Of a stretch of 32,000 nucleotides of DNA, positions 10,503-19,263 are shown piece after piece; position 1 is the stretch's first letter; each line of letters opens with the position of its first letter. Source of the DNA: Candidatus Saccharimonadota bacterium. GTDB taxonomy: Bacteria > Patescibacteriota > Gracilibacteria > BD1-5 > UBA6164. The DNA is taken from assembly GCA_004563595.2 (NCBI GenBank), contig CP042461.1:1020001-1052000 (forward strand). Direction: 5' to 3'. The position numbers were made by a program, and so were the translations under genes. The notes beneath the pieces are model-generated. The model ran no database searches. It was not told where the DNA came from and saw only the letters and a list, made by a program, of their open reading frames with translations.

Positions 10503-10650
10503 AACAAATAAAAAAATAACCCTTCCTTGAATTCCTTCCCTTCATTCGAATGGAAGGAGGCACATAATTAATTTATGAATTAAAAATGTATCCCCTTGCC
10601 CTTAGTCTTAAGGGAAAGGATTCAGGTTAGGGTTATTTTTTATTTGTTTT
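10501..10650. repeat. Long-range inverted repeat enclosing GC-rich sub-hairpins (putative bidirectional terminator or structured RNA)
   Basis: aaaacaaataaaaaaataaccct (10501-10523) pairs with agggttattttttatttgtttt (10629-10650), about 22 bp with one bulged A. Inner hairpins are CCTTCC...GGAAGG around the palindrome ATTCGAAT (about 10534-10556) and ccctta-gtc-ttaaggg (about 10599-10614). The arms overlap the pilin stop (10500-10502) and the hisS stop (10640-10642). Confidence 0.6.
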
Positions 10651-11956
10651 TTATTTTCTCAACTACTTCATTTATCTTTACTTCAAACTGTTCTCAAGTT
10701 TCAAGCTTCTTCAATTGCACTATTCCTTTTTCTCTTTCTTCTTCTCCCATAATAATTACAAATGGGATCATTTTATTATTTGCATACTTTAACTGTTTTG
10801 CAATCTTTGTCTCATCATCAAGAAAAAGCTCAGTATTGATTCATTTTCATCTCAAATTTTTTACAAGGCAGAGGGCATCTTTTAATAACTCTCATCACAT
10901 ATTTACAACTAATACATCAGTAATAGTTTTTTTATTTTTTTCTACTTTTCAGATTTCATTCAATACAAATAATAGTCTTGATAATCAAATACTTCCTCCT
11001 ACTCATGGATAGTTATTTTTTGTGAAGTTTGAACATAGATTTTCATACCTTCATCCTGAACTAATACTTCAAAAATTTTCGTGTCCTGTAATAAATATCT
11101 CAAATACCGTTCATGTATAATAATTTAAACCTCTTGAAATTGCAGGATTAATTTTTATAGATTTTTCTGCTACTCATAAATCTAATAAATTACTATAAAC
11201 ATAGTTCAACTCCTTTAATCATTCTTGCAAACTATCATTTTGTATATTTTTAAAATATTTTAAAAGCTCTAAACTACTGCCTTCTTCAGAAACTTTTATC
11301 AGTTCTAAAATATTATTTACTATTTTTTCTTCTAATCATAGGTTCTCAAGCATTGGAACAATCGTTTTTACTTTGTCTTTTTTATCTATAATAGCTATTG
11401 TCTCTCCTATTTTTTCTACTCAAATTGATTCTAAAAATCAAATTAATAATTTTTTGTTATTTATATGTATTACAAAATCTCAAAAGCTTAATTCACTTAA
11501 TGCATTATAAAGTGTAGATAATATTTCTACATCAGCAAAAAGTGCTAGTTTCCCATTTCAAACAATATCTATATCAGCTTGATAAAACTCTCTAAATCTT
11601 CATTTTTGAGGTCTTTCTCATCTAAAAACTTTTTGTATTTGTTGTCTTTTAAATGGAAAATTTAATTCTCATTCATATTGAGCCACATATCTTGCAAAAG
11701 GGACTGTCAGATCAAAACGAAGTCATAGTGTAACAGTATCTCATAACTCTCATTTTAACCTATGTACTCCATAAATTTCACTATCATCTCATCACTTTGA
11801 AGTCAGTGTCTCCACTCTTTCAATACATGGTGTTTCCATTGGAGTAAACCCAGATAATGAATAGTTTTTTGATATAATATTTTTAAATTTTTCTTCTACT
11901 ATTTGAGCTTCTGGTAGGTTTTCATAAAATCATGAAATTGGATTTTGTTTTATCAT
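10640..11956 (-). CDS. hisS: Histidine--tRNA ligase, 438 aa
   Basis: ATG 11956 to TAA 10642-10640. Translation MIKQNPISGFYENLPEAQ...[23 protein letters not shown]...LNYYTGTVFEIF...SSGGRYENL...GVGGSIGLSRL, plus a C-terminal anticodon-binding domain (PFVIIMGEEEREKGIVQLKKL). All class II HisRS motifs are present. Many of the conserved Gly are TGA. Confidence 0.95.
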
Positions 11957-12035
11957 CTGTGTATCGAATGGTTATATATTAATATATTTATTATTCACAA
12001 TAATACCGAGTAAATAAATATTTCAAGTTTCATTC

Positions 12036-12071
12036 AAAAAAAAGAGAAAAAACCTCCTATTTTTTCTCTTT
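12036..12071 (-). terminator. Rho-independent terminator after the pilin-propeller gene
   Basis: aaagagaaaaaa (12041-12052) pairs with ttttttctcttt (12060-12071), loop cctccta. A T-run follows on the minus strand (A-run 12036-12040 on plus). Confidence 0.7.
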
Positions 12072-12090
12072 TTACACATATTATAATATA

Positions 12091-14220
12091 TTAATAATCT
12101 CAAGTGATAACAAAACTAGTATCAATACTTACTGTGTTTGTATTATCGATACTATATAGCTTATTACTTCATCCTATTCCGTCCACAAAATAAAGTTTAC
12201 TATTATATAAGTAATTACCATCAAACACAACCATTGAATTATTAATTCATGCCCGTGTTACTTCAGATAAAGTATTACTTGTATCCAGAGTTTTTAACCT
12301 GTAGTCAGTTCAGGTATACACCTGAAAATAAAATTTGTTATTATACACACTTGCTTGAAAGTTAGTTGGCCAAATACCAGTCCCTACTGGTGCTAATTCG
12401 GTGAGAGCACCTGAAGTATTAATATACCTGAGTGTATAATTTCCACTTAGCCCATCATCTGCCAAGAAATATAATAAATTATTATAGCTCGTTAGCTCCC
12501 AAACTCTTTCTGGAGCAGTCCCTACTGCAGAAACACTATGTCATGTAGTTATATAATGGAGGTTATTTGATCAACCATCAGATCCTTTAAAATAAAGTCT
12601 TCCATTATACAGAGTTAAATACTGAGGTGAAGAACTTCATGTCCCACTATGTACATCAAGTTCATTTACGGAATTTCATGTATTTATATATAATAATTCC
12701 TTCCCACTTGAAGCTGTATATGAGCTAAAATATAGTTCGTTATTAAAAATTGTAAGATCTTTTGGTTCAGATGCAGTAGCGAGTCAAGGGATTGTAATTT
12801 TTTGTGGTGCACTTACTCCATCTATATAATAAAGGTCTACGTCTCAACTCCCTGAATCTTTTGATGCAAAATAGAGTTTATTATTATAAGCTTTTAAATA
12901 CTCCGGCTTCCAAACACCTGCTACTTGTGTAACGGTATTTCCGGAGTCTATATAATAAAGGTTATCATCTTTTCATGCAAAATATAATCTATTATTATGG
13001 ATAGCAAAATCATCACCAACTATGAGACTCGTATCGATATCAATTCAAAATGATGTAGCAGTCCCCGTTGCATCAATACTATAGAGAACCATAGATGGTC
13101 CACCAAAACCAATAGCATTTGCAGATGAAATGAATGGATTCTCTATATTAAAAATTCATCCTACAGGTCATCCATCAGCTGCCACAAAATATAATTTATC
13201 TGAAAATTCTATAAGCTCATTATTAAACCCAAATGGAATATCTAAATTATTTGTACTAAGATATGTAAACATGATGTCATATAAATTTACTCATCAACCT
13301 CATGCAGGAGTTGCAGGTCCAGCAAGTACTTCGAAACTTGGATCTATGTTCTCATGTATAAATATTTCTCATACATATTGTGTCCAATCTGTATCTGAAG
13401 ATGCATCTCATACTAAATATGGAGTTACGTCCCCATCATTTTCTAGTCATGAATTATTGTATACATCTTGAAGTCATGTTACAACTGTAGTAATATCTCC
13501 AGTTGTAACCGTTGTCGATCATGAATATATCACTACTCCAGATAATGGCGAAAATTCTATGCTATCTGATGTTCATGATAATGTTCCATAATCTGTTCCA
13601 TCATATGATGATGGTGCATTTGATCAACCGTTAAATACAAGATCTGATACTATATCTTCATAGTCTGCTGCTCATATACTTCAGTTTATTATACTTGGTA
13701 CTGCAAGCATATACAAAGTAGGTCATAGAGTTACTTTTGCAACTATACCGTTATAGGTTCATTTTATATACGCTTCTCATACTTTTGATGCTGCTGTTGC
13801 TTGTCATATTACAGAAGTATGAGCAAATCAGCCTACTTCTAACATAAGACCAAGTTCAAATTCTTTTTTTGTGTTCAGCCTTGAATATGTGTAATGAGCT
13901 CCTGTGAGTGGATCTACTGGAACTGTATTGAGTGATTTAAGGTTTGTAATTACATTATCCGATAATAACCCTTGATGCCATACCATTGCACCACTATATG
14001 AGATATCAAACCCTTCTTCTGGTTCTGGATAAAATCATGAGGTTGTTACAAACACTTCTAATGATGTTGTAATACTTGATGCGTCACTAATTCTATTACT
14101 ATCTCGAGCATTCCTACTGTATCACTGAAGAGATATAAAAGCTATGGTTCATAATATTGCTAAAATAGTAATCACTACTATCAATTCCACCAAAGTAAAT
14201 GCACTCTTATTTATTCTCAT
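12091..14220 (-). CDS. Giant pilin: prepilin-type N-terminal domain fused to a C-terminal 8-repeat beta-propeller-like domain, 709 aa
   Basis: ATG 14220 to TAA 12093-12091, length divisible by 3. N-terminus MRINKSAFTLVELIVVITILAILGTIAFISLQGYSRNARDSNRISD is pilin-like, with Ala at -1. From about residue 330 there are eight repeats of the type N(K/R/E)LYF.a.D(G/S)......LYYI(D/N): DKLYFVAADG, NRLYFAGKDD, NKLYFASKDS, NELYFSSYTA, GRLYFKGSDG, NLLYFLADDG, NKFYFQVYTG, SKLYFVDGIG. Track ORF 13130-13471(+) is antisense to this gene. Confidence 0.85.
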
Positions 14221-14243
14221 ACAGCGACTTATTACAAAAGATA

Positions 14244-14267
14244 AATTATAGAGATAACTCTATAATT
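14244..14267. promoter_or_regulatory. 10-bp perfect inverted repeat in the 5' region of the pilin-propeller gene
   Basis: aattatagag (14244-14253), spacer ataa, ctctataatt (14258-14267). Lies 24-47 nt upstream of the ATG at 14220 (minus strand). Confidence 0.4.
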
Positions 14268-14317
14268 CCTTAGTATAGCGTTTTTACCGTCAATCAAAAC
14301 AATTCTATATTTTCTAG

Positions 14318-14346
14318 TTGACATAAACTCTAATATATTTTATTAT
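14318..14346 (+). promoter_or_regulatory. Sigma-70-like promoter TTGACA-17nt-TATTAT
   Basis: TTGACA at 14318-14323, 17-nt spacer, TATTAT at 14341-14346, about 70 nt upstream of the ATG at 14415. Confidence 0.5.
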
Positions 14347-14414
14347 TATTTTCTTTGAAAAAGCTAAAAAAAACATATAATTAGTAACACATTTATATAT
14401 CTAATTTTTACAAT

Positions 14415-15140
14415 ATGTTATCAACAATGAAACAATTATTTGTACTTGTTTTTATTCTAGCGAGCTTTTCTACCGTTTCTGCTCAATGATCGAATGCATA
14501 TACTAACAATAATTTCAAAGACGTTATCTTTGACTCAAGTTTAAAATTTGAAGCATCAAACGATAACTGAAAAATACATATGTCATGGGAAGAATTTAGT
14601 AACCCTGATGAAAATTTTACCTACTATAAAATAGTAAGATCAGAAAAAAATAGCGATCCAATATATCCAAATGATGGGTATATCAAATACGAAAGTGATA
14701 TAAGCAAAACTGAATATAGTAAAATGACTTATAAACAAATAGATGTTTACTATAGAGTATGTGCTATCACAAGTGATAAAGACAGATACTGTAGTAACGT
14801 TATTTCCCTAAAAGAATGATTTGAAGGAAGCAAAGAGGATTATAAAAAAGATTACAAAAAAAACTACACATCTGTAAAAACATATGGTGTAAGTTATAGT
14901 TTAAAGAAAAAAGCAAATAAAGCATTAGATGGATTTATAAAAAAAGTCGAAGCTAAATACTCATCAAGTGATGATAGAATAGCTTCATTTGATAAAATTA
15001 TAGCAAGATTAGAGACTCTTGCTGAAACAAAACCAAGAGTAAAAGATCTTGTGAAATATATGATTTCGTACTTAAACTCTAAAAAAGAGAAATATAATAA
15101 TGATTTTGATGATATTGAAGATATATTTTCAGACTTCTAA
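14415..15140 (+). CDS. Secreted protein with fibronectin-III-like domain and helical C-terminal half, 241 aa, function unknown
   Basis: ATG 14415 (alternative ATG 14427) to TAA 15138-15140. Signal peptide MLSTMKQLFVLVFILASFSTVSAQG. The stretch IHMSWEEFSNPDENFTYYKIVRSEKN...VYYRVCAITSDKDRYCSNVISL resembles an Fn3 strand pattern. Includes track ORF 14580-14819 in frame. Confidence 0.7.
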
Positions 15141-15161
15141 ATAATAAAAAACATAGTTATC

Positions 15162-15199
15162 AAAAAAAGTAATAGAATTCACATTCTATTACTTTTTTT
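15162..15199 (+). terminator. Rho-independent terminator
   Basis: aaaagtaatagaat (15165-15178), loop tcac, attctattactttt (15183-15196), then a T-run to 15199. Confidence 0.75.
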
Positions 15200-15269
15200 A
15201 TATTTTTATTTGCTTAATATATATTTTTATTTATAAATAGATGATATCCTCCTAATCCCAAATTATACG

Positions 15270-15689
15270 ATGACACTTACTGCACAAGCTCAGGGTTCTT
15301 TATCTGAACCTACTCCAATAAATTTTCTCCCTAATAAAATTATAATATCTACTGGCCCTGTAATCAATGGCAAAGAACTCACAGAAAAATGATGGGCTAT
15401 ATTGAGGGTTCTTACACATAATTTAGACAAAGATGAAAGATGAAGTATCCAAGCGTTACAAAAACTTATTACAAATCTAGAGCCTACAATACAAAGGTGA
15501 GAATGACAAAATTGATGTAACATAGAGTACTTACAAGAAGAAATTGATACTGTAAAAGTCGCAAAATACTGGATTAAAGAATTAGAAAAGAGAGAGAGAA
15601 ATAAACTTGCGTACAATAAAGGAAGAGAGGTAATAAGTTTCGTAGCATCTGGTGTATTTCATATATTAAACAGTGTACAAAAAAAATAA
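15270..15689 (+). CDS. Hypothetical protein, 139 aa
   Basis: ATG 15270 to TAA 15687-15689 under table 25 (5 in-frame TGA). Translation MTLTAQAQGSLSEPTPINFLPNKIIISTGPVINGKELTEKGWAILRV...EIDTVKVAKYWIKELEKRERNKL. I recognise no family. The opposite-strand track ORF 15290-15616 has a low-complexity, Cys/Phe-rich translation and is judged an artefact. Confidence 0.5.
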
Positions 15690-15719
15690 GAAGTACTTTT
15701 CAGTACTTCTTATTTTTTT
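15680..15719. terminator. Bidirectional hairpin terminator shared by convergent genes
   Basis: ataagaagtact (15686-15697), loop tttc, agtacttcttat (15702-15713), with an A-run before and a T-run after. Contains the TAA at 15687-15689 (plus-strand gene) and the TAA at 15712-15710 (minus-strand gene). Confidence 0.75.
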
Positions 15720-17260
15720 GTGTTATAAAACTCTGCAAACGTAATTTCTTTTTCCCATAAATATGTAGCAAGGTCTATTCAAACATACCTCCAATGCCAT
15801 GGTTCTATTTCATAACCATCAACTTCTAGCCCCTTTTGGTACGTATTAGTAAAACCATAATAATGCGCATTATTTGCAAGCCAACTATAGATGATCTTAT
15901 ATGATTTATTTGTCTCCCACTCTTTTTGAGTAGAAGCTGAAAATAAATCAATAGTAAGTCATGACTGATGTTCACTATACCCTGCTTTTGCACACAGATT
16001 ATCAGGACAGCCTCTGTCCTTTATTCATTTTTGGTATGCATAACTCCTATAAGAACTTACTACTACAAGCTTCTTTCAATACTCATCATAAAACTCTTTT
16101 GCCATATCATGAAATTTTCCTGATGCTTCTTTTCTCATTTTCCCATTTCACTTTGTATCATATACATAATCGGAATTAATTGGCTGCATATTCTCTGGAA
16201 CATATGCAAGATCATCAAATGAGATCTTATTATTTACAAACTTAGTAAGTGAGTCATCAGATTCTAAATCAGAACCATATACAGTATCAAGCATATATGC
16301 CCTTTTATCTAATTTTAATTTTTCTTTCTTATTTAAATAGAAAAAATTCACTTGATATTCTGGATCATCATTCTCTAAAAAATCAAGAATTTTATATTTT
16401 AATGATTTTCAATAGACACTCAATATATAATTATGTCCTGACTCGTCTATTTCAATAAAGTATTTTTTTGGTTTTTTTCAAAGCTCTTCTGATCAACCAT
16501 AGCTTTCAAATACCATTTGTCATTGCTCAAATGGTACAATTTTATCTGCATTCCCATGAATAATAAGAGCTGGCCTAGTGAATGTTTTTACCTTATCCTT
16601 TGAGCTATAACTGTCTGATAAAAATAATAATTTTTGAATTGCAAATCACAGCTTATCCCTTGCCATTTCATACCTCGAAGCAAATGGTGACACAAGAATT
16701 ATCTTTTCAAAGTTATGTTTTGATGCAAAATCAGTTGCTACAGCTGTTCCCACACTATATCACCAAATAATAAGATTACTATCAGTGATATTTTTTTGTT
16801 TTTTAATATGTTCATAGAATACTTCACTGAATTCATCTACATTTTCTTTATATGGAAAGCCTTCACTTTTTCCGTAACCTGGATAGTCGTATGCAAAAAC
16901 ATTATAACCTAATTCTTGATGGATATATTTTATCTCAGAATAAAAATAGCTTAATGGACCTCAATTTCCATGAAAATAATATACTGTTTTTCAAGTTCCA
17001 GATCAAAGATATAATCAATTTATATTATTTCACTTTGAATCTGCAATATTTATTTCTTCAAACTTAAGATCTGTTTTGGTATGCCCTACTATGTCTTGTA
17101 CATTCATATATACAGCAGGAAAAGTAGAAATCGTCTCAATCTTTTTTACTTGAATAACTAAGAGGATATACAAAAAAAGAAAAATCAGCAGCCATATTAT
17201 TTTTCTTATATGTTTTATTTCTTTTAACTTTGCTCTGTATTTTTTGAATTCTTCTTTCAT
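15710..17260 (-). CDS. Membrane-anchored alpha/beta-hydrolase fused to VanY/M15B D-alanyl-D-alanine carboxypeptidase, 516 aa
   Basis: ATG 17260 to TAA 15712-15710. Joins track ORFs 17030-17260 and 16148-16351 in frame. N-terminal TM IIWLLIFLFLYILLVI. Hydrolase part YYFHGNGGP...YDYPGYGKSEG...LIIWGYSVGTAVA (GxSxG nucleophile elbow, first Gly is TGA)...IIHGNADKIVP...DESGHNY. Peptidase part VVSSYRSYAYQ...GYSEHQSGLTIDL...YEIEPWHWRYVG carries the VanY Zn-ligand motifs; Trp is encoded by TGG. Confidence 0.85.
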
Positions 17261-17324
17261 AAAGATTATGATATTATAAATATTGCCCTATATTATGTAA
17301 AAATATTAGTAAGTAAAAATATAA

Positions 17325-17393
17325 TATAAATTGAAGCATACAAAAAGACCATCAATATTTACTTGATGGTCTTTTTGTGTGCTTCAATTTATA
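17325..17393 (-). terminator. Unusually long hairpin (31-bp stem, 7-nt loop) after the KTSC gene
   Basis: tataaattgaagcatacaaaaagaccatcaa (17325-17355), loop tatttac, ttgatggtctttttgtgtgcttcaatttata (17363-17393). One T-G wobble, all other positions paired. Starts 6 nt past the KTSC stop (17399-17401). Confidence 0.6.
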
Positions 17394-17398
17394 GAGCA

Positions 17399-17614
17399 TT
17401 ATTTTATAACTCTATAATGACTATATTTTCCTTTTATATAATTATCAAAATATCTTCCGTGAGAATCTGCTCATATTAATCAGCTATAAATATTTCTTGG
17501 TACTCAAAAATACTTATAAACACATAAATCATAAAATTCAATTTCAAGAGTACTTTCTTGCGGTTTATAACCAATGGATGATATATCTGAGGAGATCATT
17601 TCTATTCTTTGCAT
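17399..17614 (-). CDS. KTSC domain protein, 71 aa
   Basis: ATG 17614 to TAA 17401-17399. Translation MQRIEMISSDISSIGYKPQESTLEIEFYDLCVYKYFGVPRNIYSGLIGADSHGRYFDNYIKGKYSHYRVIK matches the KTSC pattern (S..I.S.GY......LEIEF.....Y.Y.GVP..VY..L..A.S.G.YF...I). Confidence 0.8.
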
Positions 17615-17678
17615 AACGTTATTTATATAATAATTATATCTTATTTTTCAAAGATATGATTATTATACTGATCTGACA

Positions 17679-17729
17679 TTAACAGGACATTAATATTTAA
17701 AAGTTTTTTAAAAGTTAATGTCCTGTTAA
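17679..17729. promoter_or_regulatory. 15-bp perfect inverted repeat upstream of the CBM2-lyase gene (operator or RNA hairpin)
   Basis: ttaacaggacattaa (17679-17693) and ttaatgtcctgttaa (17715-17729), separated by 21 nt. Located in the divergent intergenic region between KTSC (start 17614) and the lyase-like gene (start 17818). Confidence 0.5.
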
Positions 17730-17817
17730 GATTTTATTAATACTTTGTTAATATTAAACTTGTCTTTTATGCTAAATAAAATAACATGATACTACTTTAT
17801 TATTAACAATCTATTCT

Positions 17818-18873
17818 ATGAGAAATAAAGGTATTATATTAGGAGGTATTAGTATTATTGGTTCTCTTTTACTGTCTAGTACACAAGTATTAGCAGACAC
17901 AAATCTTAATCACTATATAAAGAGTGAATGGAGTACAGGATACTGTTATAAATTTGAAATAACAAACAATAATGATGAGAATTTAGACTGGACTTTGGAC
18001 TTTGATTTGGATTCAGATTTAAAATCTAACTGGAGTGGAGTTTTTGAAGAAACTGACACATGATATTCAGTTACTTGAGTGAGTTATAATAAACTCATCA
18101 AACCTGGAAAAACAAAAAACTTTGGTTATTGTGCTTATACAAAGGTATTACCTTCAAACATAGAATTAATTGATAATAATAACACTGAGGTTGTTGTATT
18201 TGAAAATACATTCACCGAAAACTGGATCACAGATTGGGTACTTCAAACAACAAGAAAATGGGGTTTTGAAAACTTCGAACTCTTAGAATGAGATATTCTT
18301 AGAGCTACTTATCCAGCATGATCATACAAACCATCTGGTGAAATCAGAGGATGAGGAGGTTTCATCAAAAGACTTGATACAACAGGGACTGATATGTACT
18401 TATCCTATGATGTAAAACTTGAAGACTGATTTGATTTTGTAAAATGAGGAAAGCTTCCAGGTCTTTGCGGATGAGAATGTCCGACATGAGGATGACTGAG
18501 GGGTGAAGGTTTCTCAACGAGATTTATGTGGAGAGCCGAATGAGCCATGGAAATATATGCGTATCTCCAAGATAAAGAAGAATGATACGGAACATCAATT
18601 TGAAGATCAGCAGGTTACATAGGTGTCTGAGATTGGTTCACTCTTACTCAAAGAGTCAAACTCAATACTCCAGGTAATTCTGATGGGATAGTAGAGTTTT
18701 ATATCAATGAAAGAAAAGTATATTCTGAATCTAATCTTAACATAGTTGATACAAAGCCAGTTGTAATAGATGGAATACTATTCTCTACATTCTTCTGAGG
18801 TTCAGATGAATCATGGGCAACTCCTATAGAATCACACTCTCAATTTAGAAATTTTAAGGTATGGACACAATAA
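17818..18873 (+). CDS. Secreted CBM2-like carbohydrate-binding module fused to a polysaccharide lyase family 14 (PL14)-like domain, 351 aa
   Basis: ATG 17818 to TAA 18871-18873. Joins track ORFs 17818-18063 and 18079-18291. Signal peptide MRNKGIILGGISIIGSLLLSSTQVLA. CBM2 pattern EWSTGYCYKFEITNNNDENLDWTLDFDL...NWSGVFEE...YNKLIKPGKTKNFGYC. C-terminal GGFIKRL...FVKGGKLPGLCGGECPTGGGLRGEGFSTRFMWRAEG resembles the GGKLPGL.GG / FS.R.MWR signature of PL14-like lyases. Confidence 0.75.
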
Positions 18874-18877
18874 AAAG

Positions 18878-18913
18878 AAAAAGAACCAAGCACTAAATTG
18901 CTTGGTTCTTTTT
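18878..18913 (+). terminator. Rho-independent terminator (followed by a second small hairpin at 18914-18938)
   Basis: aaagaaccaagca (18880-18892), loop ctaaat, tgcttggttcttt (18899-18911), then T residues. The second hairpin is aaaacagtt / aactgtttt at 18914-18938. Confidence 0.7.
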
Positions 18914-18984
18914 AAAACAGTTTATTTTGAACTGTTTTAAATTTTGTGTAAATATTAAGCTACAAGTATTTAACAATACATAGG

Positions 18985-19248
18985 TTAATATTTAATTGGT
19001 GTTTTAGCACTCTCAAAAAAGTTTTCAATAAGCTCCTTAACCTGAAGTGTGGTTGTTGGTCGATCAAGAATAAAATAAAGTTCAATTGCTTCTGGTACTA
19101 ATCTTTTAAGAAGGGGGTCACCTAATACAGGTGTCCCCTTCGTTTTATAGTGCTGACCTGGATTCTCATCAGGATTAGGTTTACGAAAATACTTTTTATC
19201 CAAAACTAAAAAATTATATATTGCGTCCTCTTCTGGAGTCTTTTTCAT
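18985..19248 (-). CDS. Hypothetical small protein (87 aa from ATG 19248; track ORF extends to GTG 19257)
   Basis: Uninterrupted ORF with no in-frame TGA. GAGAGGTG (19255-19262) lies 6 nt upstream of ATG 19248-19246, so that ATG is the preferred start. Translation MKKTPEEDAIYNFLVLDKKYFRKPNPDENPGQHYKTKGTPVLGDPLLKRLVPEAIELYFILDRP... matches no family I recognise. Confidence 0.55.
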   Translation of the reverse strand: MKKTPEEDAIYNFLVLDKKYFRKPNPDENPGQHYKTKGTPVLGDPLLKRLVPEAIELYFILDRPTTTLQVKELIENFFESAKTPIKY

Positions 19249-19263
19249 TCTCATCACCTCTCT

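Noticed and set aside
10554-10583. AAGGAGG followed 14 nt later by the mini-ORF ATG AAT TAA.
   Set aside because: It has two sense codons and poor SD spacing, and it lies inside the structured inter-terminator element. It is most likely coincidental.
6093-14220. A diversity-generating retroelement or phase-variation system acting on the pilin-adhesin genes.
   Set aside because: There is no reverse transcriptase gene, no obvious template/variable repeat pair, and no invertase or long inverted repeats flanking promoters visible by eye. A computational repeat search is still worthwhile.
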